Assembly: GCF_003334405.1 (NCBI RefSeq)
Contig: NZ_QOWM01000002.1
DNA: 64,000 nt
Reading direction: 5' to 3' (one strand)
Source of the DNA: Escherichia coli
Lineage (GTDB): Bacteria > Pseudomonadota > Gammaproteobacteria > Enterobacterales > Enterobacteriaceae
A model generated the notes under the pieces. The model saw nothing but the letters and a program-made list of their open reading frames with translations, was not told the DNA's origin and ran no database searches. Shown piece after piece: positions 31,805 through 43,004 of the stretch. Position 1 is the first letter of the stretch; each line of letters opens with the position of its first letter. The position numbers were made by a program, and so were the translations under genes.

Positions 31805-33412
31805 ATGTATACGCGAAATTTATTATGGCTGGTCAGCCTGGTAAGTGCGGCTCCTCTCTACGCTGCTGACGTTCCCGCCAACACACCGCTCGCCCCGCAA
31901 CAAGTCTTTCGTTACAACAATCATAGCGACCCAGGTACGCTCGACCCGCAAAAGGTGGAGGAGAATACTGCCGCGCAGATTGTGCTGGATCTGTTTGAAG
32001 GTCTGGTATGGATGGACGGTGAAGGCCAGGTGCAGCCCGCTCAGGCTGAACGCTGGGAGATACTGGACGGCGGCAAGCGCTATATTTTCCATCTGCGTAG
32101 CGGTTTGCAGTGGTCCGACGGTCAGCCTCTGACGGCAGAGGATTTTGTCCTCGGCTGGCAGCGCGCGGTTGACCCGAAAACGGCAAGCCCTTTTGCTGGC
32201 TATCTGGCACAGGCGCACATTAACAATGCCGCAGCTATTGTTGCGGGTAAAGCAGATGTTACATCGCTGGGTGTCAAAGCGACGGATGATCGTACTCTTG
32301 AAGTTACGCTTGAGCAGCCGGTTCCTTGGTTCACGACGATGCTCGCCTGGCCGACGCTGTTCCCGGTTCCTCATCATGTCATCGCTAAACATGGCGATAG
32401 CTGGAGTAAGCCAGAGAACATGGTTTACAACGGTGCCTTTGTGCTTGATCAGTGGGTAGTTAACGAAAAGATTACTGCACGCAAAAATCCAAAGTACCGC
32501 GATGCGCAACATACAGTATTGCAACAGGTTGAGTATCTGGCGCTAGATAATTCGGTCACCGGCTATAACCGCTATCGCGCGGGAGAGGTCGATCTCACCT
32601 GGGTTCCGGCGCAGCAAATTCCCGCCATTGAAAAATCACTGCCTGGCGAGCTACGAATTATTCCGCGTCTGAACAGCGAATATTACAACTTCAACCTTGA
32701 GAAACCGCCATTTAACGATGTGCGAGTGCGTCGGGCGCTATATCTTACGGTTGATCGACAGCTTATTGCGCAAAAGGTACTGGGGTTGAGAACGCCCGCA
32801 ACCACGCTGACGCCGCCAGAGGTAAAAGGCTTTAGCGCGACGACGTTCGATGAACTGCAAAAGCCAATGAGTGAGCGCGTCGCGATGGCAAAAGCCTTGC
32901 TGAAACAGGCGGGATACGACGCCTCTCATCCGCTACGCTTTGAGCTGTTCTACAACAAGTACGATCTGCATGAAAAGACCGCGATAGCGTTGTCTTCCGA
33001 ATGGAAAAAATGGCTGGGTGCACAGGTGACGCTGCGCACAATGGAGTGGAAAACCTATCTTGATGCCCGACGAGCCGGTGATTTCATGCTGTCTCGGCAG
33101 TCGTGGGATGCGACGTACAATGATGCTTCCAGCTTCCTGAACACGCTCAAAAGCGATAGTGAAGAAAACGTCGGTCACTGGAAAAATGCGCAGTATGACG
33201 CCTTACTAAACCAGGCCACGCAGATCACTGATGCGACAAAGCGTAATGCGTTGTATCAGCAGGCAGAAGTGATCATCAACCAACAGGCACCGCTGATTCC
33301 TATCTACTATCAGCCGTTAATCAAACTGCTTAAACCCTACGTTGGCGGTTTTCCGCTGCATAATCCCCAGGATTATGTCTACAGCAAAGAGTTGTATATC
33401 AAGGCACATTGA
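31805..33412 (+). CDS. ygiS: Periplasmic solute-binding protein (family 5, OppA-like) YgiS
   Basis: 535-aa ORF from ATG 31805, signal peptide MYTRNLLWLVSLVSAAPLYA; no cognate permease or ATPase genes adjacent. Confidence 0.85.
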   Translation: MYTRNLLWLVSLVSAAPLYAADVPANTPLAPQQVFRYNNHSDPGTLDPQKVEENTAAQIVLDLFEGLVWMDGEGQVQPAQAERWEILDGGKRYIFHLRSGLQWSDGQPLTAEDFVLGWQRAVDPKTASPFAGYLAQAHINNAAAIVAGKADVTSLGVKATDDRTLEVTLEQPVPWFTTMLAWPTLFPVPHHVIAKHGDSWSKPENMVYNGAFVLDQWVVNEKITARKNPKYRDAQHTVLQQVEYLALDNSVTGYNRYRAGEVDLTWVPAQQIPAIEKSLPGELRIIPRLNSEYYNFNLEKPPFNDVRVRRALYLTVDRQLIAQKVLGLRTPATTLTPPEVKGFSATTFDELQKPMSERVAMAKALLKQAGYDASHPLRFELFYNKYDLHEKTAIALSSEWKKWLGAQVTLRTMEWKTYLDARRAGDFMLSRQSWDATYNDASSFLNTLKSDSEENVGHWKNAQYDALLNQATQITDATKRNALYQQAEVIINQQAPLIPIYYQPLIKLLKPYVGGFPLHNPQDYVYSKELYIKAH

Positions 33413-33549
33413 TGCCTTTATCGCCGTCGGAGCACGTCCGGCGGCGCTATTCACGCTGATCTCCTGTGACTCGACGCGGCAGATAATGTAGTATCTCCGG
33501 CAATATTGCCCCTTTGAAGGCTGGCGAATAAGTTGAGGAATCAGAATTA

Positions 33550-35808
33550 ATGAGCGATATGGCAGAGCGCCTTGCGCTACATGAATTTACGGAAAACGCC
33601 TACTTAAACTACTCCATGTACGTGATCATGGACCGTGCGTTGCCGTTTATTGGTGATGGTCTGAAACCTGTTCAGCGCCGCATTGTGTATGCGATGTCTG
33701 AACTGGGCCTGAATGCCAGCGCCAAATTTAAAAAATCGGCCCGTACCGTCGGTGACGTACTGGGTAAATACCATCCGCACGGCGATAGCGCCTGTTATGA
33801 AGCGATGGTCCTGATGGCGCAACCGTTCTCTTACCGTTATCCGCTGGTTGATGGTCAGGGGAACTGGGGCGCGCCGGACGATCCGAAATCGTTCGCGGCA
33901 ATGCGTTACACCGAATCCCGGTTGTCGAAATATTCCGAGCTGCTATTGAGCGAGCTGGGGCAGGGGACGGCTGACTGGGTGCCAAACTTCGACGGCACTT
34001 TGCAGGAGCCGAAAATGCTACCTGCCCGTCTGCCAAACATTTTGCTTAACGGCACCACCGGTATTGCCGTCGGCATGGCGACCGATATTCCACCGCATAA
34101 CCTGCGTGAAGTGGCTCAGGCGGCAATCGCATTAATCGACCAGCCGAAAACCACGCTCGATCAGCTGCTGGATATCGTGCAGGGGCCGGATTATCCGACT
34201 GAAGCGGAAATTATCACTTCGCGCGCCGAGATCCGTAAAATCTACGAGAACGGACGTGGTTCAGTGCGTATGCGCGCGGTGTGGAAGAAAGAAGATGGCG
34301 CGGTGGTTATCAGCGCATTGCCGCATCAGGTTTCAGGTGCGCGCGTACTGGAGCAAATTGCTGCGCAAATGCGCAACAAAAAGCTGCCGATGGTTGACGA
34401 TCTGCGCGATGAATCTGACCACGAGAACCCGACCCGCCTGGTGATTGTGCCGCGTTCCAACCGCGTGGATATGGATCAGGTGATGAACCACCTCTTCGCT
34501 ACCACCGATCTGGAAAAGAGCTATCGTATTAACCTTAATATGATCGGTCTGGATGGTCGTCCGGCGGTGAAAAACCTGCTGGAAATCCTCTCCGAATGGC
34601 TGGTGTTCCGCCGCGATACCGTGCGCCGCCGACTGAACTATCGTCTGGAGAAAGTCCTCAAGCGCCTGCATATCCTCGAAGGTTTGCTGGTGGCGTTTCT
34701 CAATATCGACGAAGTGATTGAGATCATTCGTAATGAAGATGAACCGAAACCGGCGCTGATGTCGCGGTTTGGCCTTACGGAAACCCAGGCGGAAGCGATC
34801 CTCGAACTGAAACTGCGTCATCTTGCCAAACTGGAAGAGATGAAGATTCGCGGTGAGCAGAGTGAACTGGAAAAAGAGCGCGACCAGTTGCAGGGCATTT
34901 TGGCTTCCGAGCGTAAAATGAATAACCTGCTGAAGAAAGAACTGCAGGCAGACGCGCAAGCCTACGGTGACGATCGTCGTTCGCCGTTGCAGGAACGCGA
35001 AGAAGCGAAAGCGATGAGCGAGCACGACATGCTGCCGTCTGAACCTGTCACCATTGTGCTGTCGCAGATGGGCTGGGTACGCAGCGCTAAAGGCCATGAT
35101 ATCGACGCGCCGGGCCTGAATTATAAAGCGGGTGATAGCTTCAAAGCGGCGGTGAAAGGTAAGAGCAACCAACCGGTAGTGTTTGTTGATTCCACCGGTC
35201 GTAGCTATGCCATTGACCCGATTACGCTGCCGTCGGCGCGTGGTCAGGGCGAGCCGCTCACCGGCAAATTAACGTTGCCGCCTGGGGCGACCGTTGACCA
35301 TATGCTGATGGAAAGCGACGATCAGAAACTGCTGATGGCTTCCGATGCGGGTTACGGTTTCGTCTGCACCTTTAACGATCTGGTGGCGCGTAACCGTGCA
35401 GGTAAGGCTTTGATCACCTTACCGGAAAATGCCCATGTTATGCCGCCGGTGGTGATTGAAGATGCTTCCGATATGCTGCTGGCAATCACTCAGGCAGGCC
35501 GTATGTTGATGTTCCCGGTAAGTGATCTGCCGCAGCTGTCGAAGGGCAAAGGCAACAAGATTATCAACATTCCATCGGCAGAAGCCGCGCGTGGAGAAGA
35601 TGGTCTGGCGCAATTGTACGTTCTGCCGCCGCAAAGCACGCTGACCATTCATGTTGGGAAACGCAAAATTAAACTGCGCCCGGAAGAGTTACAGAAAGTC
35701 ACTGGCGAACGTGGACGCCGCGGTACGTTGATGCGCGGTTTGCAGCGTATCGATCGTGTTGAGATCGACTCTCCTCGCCGTGCCAGCAGCGGTGATAGCG
35801 AAGAGTAA
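33550..35808 (+). CDS. parC: DNA topoisomerase IV subunit A
   Basis: 752-aa ORF; GyrA-like N-terminus incl. catalytic-Tyr region (AAMRYTE). Confidence 0.95.
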
Positions 35809-36041
35809 TATGCCGGGGAGGGCGCTGTTTCCTCCCGCTTGCAAGGAACGCCGGATGAAACGTTAAGTCGTCATCCGGCAGCGTATTCAACCCCCGGAAA
35901 CGATAAAAATTCCCTTGAAACCGTTGTTTATTCATGCGTTGCGATTAACAATACGCTTTTCCAGAGAGCGGCTTTTAACAATGCCCTAACCTGATTTCAG
36001 GTGACGTACAATGCCAGTCTCTCAGACCTTCAGAGGGTGTT

Positions 36042-36779
36042 ATGCTATATATCTTTCGTCTTATTATTACCGTGATTTACAGCATCTTAGTCTGTGTATT
36101 CGGCTCCATTTACTGCCTTTTCAGCCCGCGTAACCCGAAACATGTGGCCACCTTTGGGCATATGTTTGGCCGTCTTGCGCCGCTGTTTGGCCTGAAAGTT
36201 GAGTGCCGTAAACCTACAGACGCTGAAAGCTACGGCAATGCTATCTATATCGCTAACCACCAGAACAACTATGACATGGTGACAGCATCGAACATCGTGC
36301 AACCGCCGACGGTGACGGTAGGTAAAAAGAGCTTGCTGTGGATCCCCTTCTTCGGGCAGTTGTACTGGTTAACCGGCAACTTATTGATCGACAGAAACAA
36401 TCGCACTAAAGCTCACGGCACCATTGCGGAAGTAGTGAATCACTTCAAAAAACGCCGTATTTCCATCTGGATGTTCCCGGAAGGAACCCGCAGCCGTGGT
36501 CGCGGCCTGCTACCGTTCAAGACTGGAGCATTTCACGCGGCAATTGCGGCGGGCGTCCCGATTATTCCCGTGTGCGTCTCTACAACTTCGAATAAGATTA
36601 ATCTTAATCGACTGCACAACGGTCTGGTGATTGTCGAAATGCTGCCGCCAATTGACGTCAGTCAGTATGGCAAAGATCAGGTTCGTGAGCTGGCTGCCCA
36701 TTGTCGTTCGATAATGGAACAAAAAATCGCCGAGCTCGATAAAGAAGTCGCAGAACGCGAAGCCGCCGGAAAAGTTTAA
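36042..36779 (+). CDS. plsC: 1-acyl-sn-glycerol-3-phosphate acyltransferase
   Basis: 245-aa ORF with acyltransferase HX4D motif (NHQNNYD) and FPEGTR motif. Confidence 0.95.
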   Translation: MLYIFRLIITVIYSILVCVFGSIYCLFSPRNPKHVATFGHMFGRLAPLFGLKVECRKPTDAESYGNAIYIANHQNNYDMVTASNIVQPPTVTVGKKSLLWIPFFGQLYWLTGNLLIDRNNRTKAHGTIAEVVNHFKKRRISIWMFPEGTRSRGRGLLPFKTGAFHAAIAAGVPIIPVCVSTTSNKINLNRLHNGLVIVEMLPPIDVSQYGKDQVRELAAHCRSIMEQKIAELDKEVAEREAAGKV

Positions 36780-36853
36780 GTCGGCAATCTGTATTTTTGC
36801 GGGGAACACTTTCCTGCACGGTATTACTTTAGCCAGTTTTACATGGAGCAAAT

Positions 36854-38266
36854 ATGTCACTCAGTCGGCGTCAGTTCATTCAGGCATCGGGGATTGCACT
36901 TTGTGCAGGCGCTGTTCCCCTGAAGGCCAGCGCAGCCGGGCAACAGCAACCGCTACCCGTTCCGCCGCTACTTGAATCTCGCCGTGGGCAACCGCTGTTT
37001 ATGACTGTACAACGTGCGCACTGGTCATTTACGCCAGGGACACGCGCGTCGGTCTGGGGAATCAATGGTCGTTACCTGGGGCCGACTATCCGCGTCTGGA
37101 AGGGCGACGATGTTAAGCTTATTTACAGCAACCGCCTGACAGAAAATGTCTCAATGACGGTGGCCGGGCTACAGGTACCAGGCCCGCTGATGGGCGGTCC
37201 GGCACGGATGATGTCGCCAAACGCTGACTGGGCACCCGTACTGCCCATTCGCCAGAACGCAGCTACTCTGTGGTATCACGCCAATACTCCCAACCGCACG
37301 GCTCAGCAGGTCTATAACGGCCTTGCCGGAATGTGGCTGGTGGAAGATGAAGTCAGCAAGTCGCTGCCTATCCCCAACCATTATGGTGTGGATGATTTTC
37401 CGGTCATTATCCAGGATAAACGGCTGGATAACTTTGGTACGCCAGAATACAACGAACCGGGAAGCGGCGGCTTTGTTGGTGATACGCTGCTGGTTAACGG
37501 TGTACAAAGCCCGTACGTTGAAGTCTCGCGTGGCTGGGTGCGTTTGCGACTGCTGAACGCGTCGAACTCTCGTCGCTATCAACTACAGATGAACGATGGT
37601 CGCCCGTTACATGTGATTTCTGGCGATCAGGGATTCCTGCCTGCTCCTGTATCGGTGAAGCAACTTTCGCTGGCACCGGGCGAGCGCCGCGAGATTCTGG
37701 TGGATATGAGCAACGGCGATGAAGTGTCGATCACCTGTGGCGAAGCGGCGAGCATTGTTGATCGTATTCGTGGCTTCTTTGAGCCATCCAGTATTCTGGT
37801 TTCTACCCTGGTGCTAACGCTGCGCCCAACCGGCCTTCTGCCGCTGGTCACAGACAGTCTTCCGATGCGCTTGCTGCCAACTGAAATCATGGCTGGTTCG
37901 CCAATTCGCAGTCGCGATATCAGTCTGGGTGATGACCCGGGTATTAATGGACAGCTGTGGGACGTCAACCGTATTGATGTCACCGCGCAGCAAGGAACGT
38001 GGGAACGCTGGACGGTACGCGCGGACGAGCCGCAAGCGTTCCATATTGAAGGCGTAATGTTCCAGATCCGTAACGTGAATGGCGCGATGCCGTTCCCGGA
38101 AGACAGAGGCTGGAAAGATACCGTTTGGGTTGACGGACAAGTGGAGCTGCTTGTTTATTTCGGTCAGCCTTCCTGGGCGCACTTCCCGTTCTACTTCAAC
38201 AGTCAGACGCTGGAAATGGCGGACCGTGGCTCGATTGGGCAACTGTTGGTCAATCCGGTACCGTAA
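36854..38266 (+). CDS. ftsP: Cell division protein FtsP (SufI), Tat-exported multicopper-oxidase-like
   Basis: 470-aa ORF with twin-arginine signal MSLSRRQFIQASGIALCAGA. Confidence 0.95.
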   Translation: MSLSRRQFIQASGIALCAGAVPLKASAAGQQQPLPVPPLLESRRGQPLFMTVQRAHWSFTPGTRASVWGINGRYLGPTIRVWKGDDVKLIYSNRLTENVSMTVAGLQVPGPLMGGPARMMSPNADWAPVLPIRQNAATLWYHANTPNRTAQQVYNGLAGMWLVEDEVSKSLPIPNHYGVDDFPVIIQDKRLDNFGTPEYNEPGSGGFVGDTLLVNGVQSPYVEVSRGWVRLRLLNASNSRRYQLQMNDGRPLHVISGDQGFLPAPVSVKQLSLAPGERREILVDMSNGDEVSITCGEAASIVDRIRGFFEPSSILVSTLVLTLRPTGLLPLVTDSLPMRLLPTEIMAGSPIRSRDISLGDDPGINGQLWDVNRIDVTAQQGTWERWTVRADEPQAFHIEGVMFQIRNVNGAMPFPEDRGWKDTVWVDGQVELLVYFGQPSWAHFPFYFNSQTLEMADRGSIGQLLVNPVP

Positions 38267-38376
38267 TCTTCATACTCGCCCGAGGAGGGCGAGTATGGAA
38301 TACCTTTCGATTTCTCTTTCGTTCCGGCTTATAATCCCCGGCCTTTGATTATTTTTTTATCATTTCTGGAAGCAAA

Positions 38377-40596
38377 ATGAGCTCTATCTCCCTGATCCAA
38401 CCGGATCGCGACCTGTTCTCCTGGCCGCAGTACTGGGCCGCCTGTTTTGGACCGGCACCGTTTTTGCCGATGTCTCGTGAAGAGATGGATCAACTTGGCT
38501 GGGATAGCTGCGACATCATTTTGGTTACTGGCGACGCGTATGTCGATCACCCAAGCTTCGGGATGGCGATTTGCGGTCGTATGCTGGAAGCGCAGGGCTT
38601 TCGCGTCGGGATCATCGCCCAGCCGGACTGGAGCAGCAAAGACGACTTTATGCGTCTGGGTAAACCGAATCTGTTTTTCGGTGTTACTGCTGGCAACATG
38701 GATTCGATGATCAACCGTTATACCGCCGATCGCCGTTTACGTCATGACGATGCCTACACGCCGGATAACGTCGCGGGTAAGCGCCCGGATCGCGCCACAC
38801 TGGTTTATACCCAGCGTTGTAAAGAGGCGTGGAAAGATGTACCGGTGATCCTCGGCGGTATTGAGGCTAGTCTGCGCCGTACCGCGCATTATGATTACTG
38901 GTCCGATACCGTGCGCCGTTCCGTGCTGGTGGATTCGAAAGCCGACATGCTGATGTTTGGTAACGGTGAGCGTCCGCTGGTGGAAGTGGCGCATCGTCTG
39001 GCGATGGGCGAGCCAATTAGTGAAATCCGCGATGTGCGTAATACCGCGATTATCGTGAAAGAGGCGCTGCCTGGCTGGAGCGGCGTGGATTCCACCCGTC
39101 TTGATACCCCTGGAAAAATCGACCCAATCCCGCATCCGTATGGTGAAGATTTGCCGTGCGCGGATAACAAACCGGTGGCACCGAAAAAGCAGGAAGCCAA
39201 AGCCGTAACCGTGCAGCCACCGCGCCCGAAACCGTGGGAAAAAACCTACGTGTTGCTGCCTTCTTTCGAGAAAGTGAAGGGCGATAAAGTGCTGTACGCC
39301 CATGCTTCGCGTATTCTGCACCACGAAACCAACCCAGGCTGTGCCCGCGCATTGATGCAAAAACACGGCGACCGCTATGTGTGGATCAACCCGCCTGCTA
39401 TTCCGCTTTCTACCGAAGAGATGGACAGCGTTTTTGCGCTGCCATACAAGCGCGTGCCACATCCGGCCTATGGCAATGCCCGTATTCCGGCTTACGAAAT
39501 GATCCGTTTTTCGGTCAACATTATGCGTGGCTGCTTTGGCGGCTGCTCTTTCTGTTCTATCACCGAGCACGAAGGGCGCATTATTCAGAGCCGTTCCGAA
39601 GATTCGATCATTAATGAGATCGAAGCGATCCGCGACACCGTTCCAGGTTTTACGGGCGTGATTTCCGATCTTGGTGGGCCAACTGCCAACATGTATATGT
39701 TGCGCTGCAAATCGCCACGCGCTGAACAAACTTGTCGCCGTTTGTCGTGCGTTTATCCGGATATTTGTCCGCACATGGACACGAACCACGAACCAACGAT
39801 CAACCTCTATCGCCGTGCGCGTGATCTGAAAGGCATTAAAAAGATCCTGATTGCCTCTGGTGTGCGTTATGACATAGCCGTAGAAGATCCGCGCTATATC
39901 AAAGAACTGGCGACCCATCACGTCGGCGGTTATCTGAAGATTGCCCCGGAACATACCGAAGAAGGGCCGTTATCGAAGATGATGAAGCCGGGCATGGGCA
40001 GCTATGACCGCTTTAAAGAGCTGTTCGATACTTACTCAAAACAGGCAGGTAAAGAGCAGTATCTGATCCCCTATTTCATCTCCGCGCACCCCGGTACGCG
40101 TGATGAAGATATGGTGAATCTGGCGCTGTGGCTGAAAAAGCACCGCTTCCGCCTCGACCAGGTGCAGAACTTCTATCCGTCGCCGCTGGCGAACTCAACC
40201 ACCATGTATTACACCGGGAAAAACCCGCTGGCGAAGATTGGTTATAAGAGCGAAGACGTCTTCGTACCGAAGGGCGACAAACAGCGTCGTTTGCATAAAG
40301 CGTTGTTGCGTTACCACGATCCGGCAAACTGGCCGTTAATCCGCCAGGCGCTGGAAGCGATGGGCAAAAAGCATCTGATTGGCAGCCGTCGCGATTGCTT
40401 AGTGCCTGCGCCAACCATTGAAGAGATGCGTGAAGCTCGTCGCCAGAACCGCAATACCCGTCCGGCGTTGACGAAACATACGCCGATGGCGACCCAGCGT
40501 CAGACGCCTGCTACGGCAAAAAAAGCGTCGTCTACGCAATCTCGTCCGGTGAATGCTGGTGCGAAGAAACGGCCTAAAGCGGCGGTTGGACGTTAA
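38377..40596 (+). CDS. ygiQ: Radical SAM family protein YgiQ (UPF0313), function unknown
   Basis: 739-aa ORF; Cys-rich radical-SAM-type motif CFGGCSFC; basic C-terminal tail. Confidence 0.9.
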   Translation: MSSISLIQPDRDLFSWPQYWAACFGPAPFLPMSREEMDQLGWDSCDIILVTGDAYVDHPSFGMAICGRMLEAQGFRVGIIAQPDWSSKDDFMRLGKPNLFFGVTAGNMDSMINRYTADRRLRHDDAYTPDNVAGKRPDRATLVYTQRCKEAWKDVPVILGGIEASLRRTAHYDYWSDTVRRSVLVDSKADMLMFGNGERPLVEVAHRLAMGEPISEIRDVRNTAIIVKEALPGWSGVDSTRLDTPGKIDPIPHPYGEDLPCADNKPVAPKKQEAKAVTVQPPRPKPWEKTYVLLPSFEKVKGDKVLYAHASRILHHETNPGCARALMQKHGDRYVWINPPAIPLSTEEMDSVFALPYKRVPHPAYGNARIPAYEMIRFSVNIMRGCFGGCSFCSITEHEGRIIQSRSEDSIINEIEAIRDTVPGFTGVISDLGGPTANMYMLRCKSPRAEQTCRRLSCVYPDICPHMDTNHEPTINLYRRARDLKGIKKILIASGVRYDIAVEDPRYIKELATHHVGGYLKIAPEHTEEGPLSKMMKPGMGSYDRFKELFDTYSKQAGKEQYLIPYFISAHPGTRDEDMVNLALWLKKHRFRLDQVQNFYPSPLANSTTMYYTGKNPLAKIGYKSEDVFVPKGDKQRRLHKALLRYHDPANWPLIRQALEAMGKKHLIGSRRDCLVPAPTIEEMREARRQNRNTRPALTKHTPMATQRQTPATAKKASSTQSRPVNAGAKKRPKAAVGR

Positions 40597-40602
40597 AAAA
40601 TA

Positions 40603-40638
40603 TCCCCGGCAACTGACACGCTACCGGGGATTTTTTTA
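40603..40638. terminator. Terminator between convergent ygiQ and yqhH
   Basis: tccccgg-loop-ccgggga hairpin followed by TTTTTTTAT; yqhH stop lies at its edge. Confidence 0.75.
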
Positions 40639-40896
40639 TCATTCTGCGTACATACGCAAGCAGCGCAGGCAATCAAAATAGTCCTGAGCATCAAGACGCG
40701 TATTGGCTCTGTTAGCTTCGGATTTGGCAGCATAGATTTGTGGGCGTAGTGCTTTCATATCCTGCTCAAGCCGGGCGATTTTGGCATTTAATGTTTGCAC
40801 ATTGCTCGCCAGCTGATTGACCTTTTGCTCATTGACGCAGCCACTGAGCAAGCAGGTTGCCAGAACAACAGCTCCCACGGTGAAAATCGTTTTCAT
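40639..40896 (-). CDS. yqhH: Lpp-like outer membrane lipoprotein YqhH
   Basis: 85-aa ORF with lipobox LLSGC and Lpp-like heptad segment ([17 protein letters not shown]). Confidence 0.85.
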
Positions 40897-40946
40897 ATAG
40901 TGTTCCCTTTTATTTATTGTTCCGGCTAATTGTTATTTAATTCAGC

Positions 40947-41873
40947 TCATTGCTTTAATCTGGCGGCAGTTTTTGCCTCAATCTGCTTAAGTAGGCTGCC
41001 GCTGTTCGGGCGGATAAAATCAGCGATTTCCCACTTGCCTTCGCGCCGCTGTAAAACCAGTTCTTGCTCTTCGTTGTTGCCATTGGTCAGCGTAAAACGA
41101 ACATGAATGCGGGCGGAATCGGCGGTTTTCTCCAGGACTCGAATTTCATCAACGCGTGAAAATAGCGACTCTTCGCCAAAACAGATCGGATTGTCGTAAA
41201 TAAATTGCCGTTCTATTTGCATATCTTCATCGGGATTATTGGCCGTCTTGAAGGTGGTTTTATAGAAGGCATTAACCGCCTGGCGGTAAGAGTCGGAAAC
41301 CACCCACGTCCACGGCCAGCTATAATCAGCAATATGTTCAAAGAGTTCGGCAACAAAGGCTTCCGGCTGTTCTTTTTGCAACGAAGCTAAAGCGGCCAGC
41401 GTTTTTTCATTCTCGCTATTAACTGCTTGTAAGACGCTGCCATGATTGCTGACAATATCGTCAATGACCCAACGACCATTTTCCGCCACCATTTTCAGTG
41501 TCTGCGTGGTCTTTTCTTTATCATCTTTAAAGATACGAAAGCGCACAACGGCATCGGCATGATCGGCGTCAGTTTGGGTTATCGCAACGCTTTCTAGCAC
41601 CAGATCGCCAAAATCCTGACAATCACAAACCGGATCATAATCCAGCCAGCCAATATTGCCCGGCAGCGTAAGATTGTCGTTCAGGGTAAGCGCCTGTTGA
41701 ATACGCGCAGAAGTTATCGCCCGCTCTCCGGTTTCACCAAAATAAGGGGCAGTGGCATCTGATTTATAGTTCTGATAAATATGCCGGACTGTTTGTTCTA
41801 CGGTCTGTGAGGGGGGCTGTGCGTGTACGGTAAAACTTGCCAGGGCTGCTAAAAACAGAAGTATTATTTTCAT
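40947..41873 (-). CDS. yqhG: DUF3828 family periplasmic protein YqhG
   Basis: 308-aa ORF with signal peptide MKIILLFLAALASFTVHA; conserved position upstream of yqhH. Confidence 0.8.
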   Translation of the reverse strand: MKIILLFLAALASFTVHAQPPSQTVEQTVRHIYQNYKSDATAPYFGETGERAITSARIQQALTLNDNLTLPGNIGWLDYDPVCDCQDFGDLVLESVAITQTDADHADAVVRFRIFKDDKEKTTQTLKMVAENGRWVIDDIVSNHGSVLQAVNSENEKTLAALASLQKEQPEAFVAELFEHIADYSWPWTWVVSDSYRQAVNAFYKTTFKTANNPDEDMQIERQFIYDNPICFGEESLFSRVDEIRVLEKTADSARIHVRFTLTNGNNEEQELVLQRREGKWEIADFIRPNSGSLLKQIEAKTAARLKQ

Positions 41874-42072
41874 CTGTTTTTCACCTCTCCGTTGCGTTTA
41901 TCCCGGATATAGATGAGTTGTTCTTTTAAGAGCTTCCGGCTCTGCATGATGATGTCCTTATATTTGGCATTCCTGAACAAGGAAGAGTAACAACGGGCGG
42001 GACGCGAGGGGAATAAATGATTTCTGAAAAGTCCGGTAGCGGAACATTACCGCCACCGGGAGAATTTGCATG

Positions 42073-42900
42073 TTAGCCGCCGAACTGGTCAGGATCGGGA
42101 CCGAGACGCTTGCCCTGATCGAGTTTTGCAATTTCGCCGAGTTCGTCTTTGTCGAGACGGAAATCCCAGACATCAAAGTTTTCGGCAATACGTGAAGGTG
42201 TGACCGATTTCGGGATCACCACCAGGCCGCTATCCAGATGCCAGCGGATAACAATCTGCGCCGGGGTTTTGCCGTATTTATCTGCCAGATCGCGAATGAC
42301 TTTCTGATCGAAAACGCCTTTCCCTCCTTGCGCTAATGGGCTCCAGGATTCGGTCTGGATTTTGTGTGTCGCGTTCCAGGCGTGTAGCTGGCGTTGTTGC
42401 ATCAGCGGATGAAGTTCGATCTGGTTTATCACAGGCGTCACGCCAGTTTCATCAATCAGGCGTTGCAGGTGATGGATCTGGAAGTTGCACACGCCGATGC
42501 TTTTGATTAATCCCTCTTTTTGCAATTCGATCATGCCTTTCCATGCTTCGACATAATGGTCGATAGCGGGAACGGGCCAGTGCATTAAGTAGAGGTCGAT
42601 ATAATCAAGCTGGAGTTTTTTCAGGCTGTCGAGCAGGGCTTCGCGGGGGCGCTTGTGGTCGTCGTTCCACAGCTTAGTGGTGATGAACAGTTCTTCTCTG
42701 TTGACTGAGGCATTTTTCAGGGCTTTGCCGACACCTTCTTCGTTCTTGTAGGCCGCGGCGGTATCAATCGAGCGATAACCCACTTCTAACGCTTTTTGAA
42801 TGGCGGTGATTACTTCCTCATTACTTGCTTGCCAGACGCCCAGTCCCAGCTGGGGCATGACATTGCCATCCTGTAGCTTAATAACGGTTGGATTAGCCAT
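42073..42900 (-). CDS. dkgA: 2,5-diketo-D-gluconate / methylglyoxal reductase A (aldo-keto reductase)
   Basis: 275-aa ORF MANPTVIKLQDGNVMPQLGLGVWQ..., AKR family. Confidence 0.9.
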   Translation of the reverse strand: MANPTVIKLQDGNVMPQLGLGVWQASNEEVITAIQKALEVGYRSIDTAAAYKNEEGVGKALKNASVNREELFITTKLWNDDHKRPREALLDSLKKLQLDYIDLYLMHWPVPAIDHYVEAWKGMIELQKEGLIKSIGVCNFQIHHLQRLIDETGVTPVINQIELHPLMQQRQLHAWNATHKIQTESWSPLAQGGKGVFDQKVIRDLADKYGKTPAQIVIRWHLDSGLVVIPKSVTPSRIAENFDVWDFRLDKDELGEIAKLDQGKRLGPDPDQFGG

Positions 42901-43004
42901 ACGTTCCTCCTTTATATGAACTCACCGGAGCAGGCTCCGGTGAGGTGTTGTGAACTTAAGTCTGGACGAAATGCCCGAAAACGAAAGTTTGAGGCGTAAA
43001 AAGC

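Noticed and set aside
38737-39954. 405-aa ORF on the minus strand inside ygiQ (and similar long antisense ORFs at 34333-35172 in parC, 56582-57532 in hybC, 61787-62707 in gss, 4790-5521 in hldE, 25087-25776 in parE)
   Set aside because: Each is fully embedded antisense to a well-supported conserved gene; long antisense open frames are expected in GC-rich coding DNA, and translations are low-complexity or Arg/His-rich without recognisable domains or RBS.
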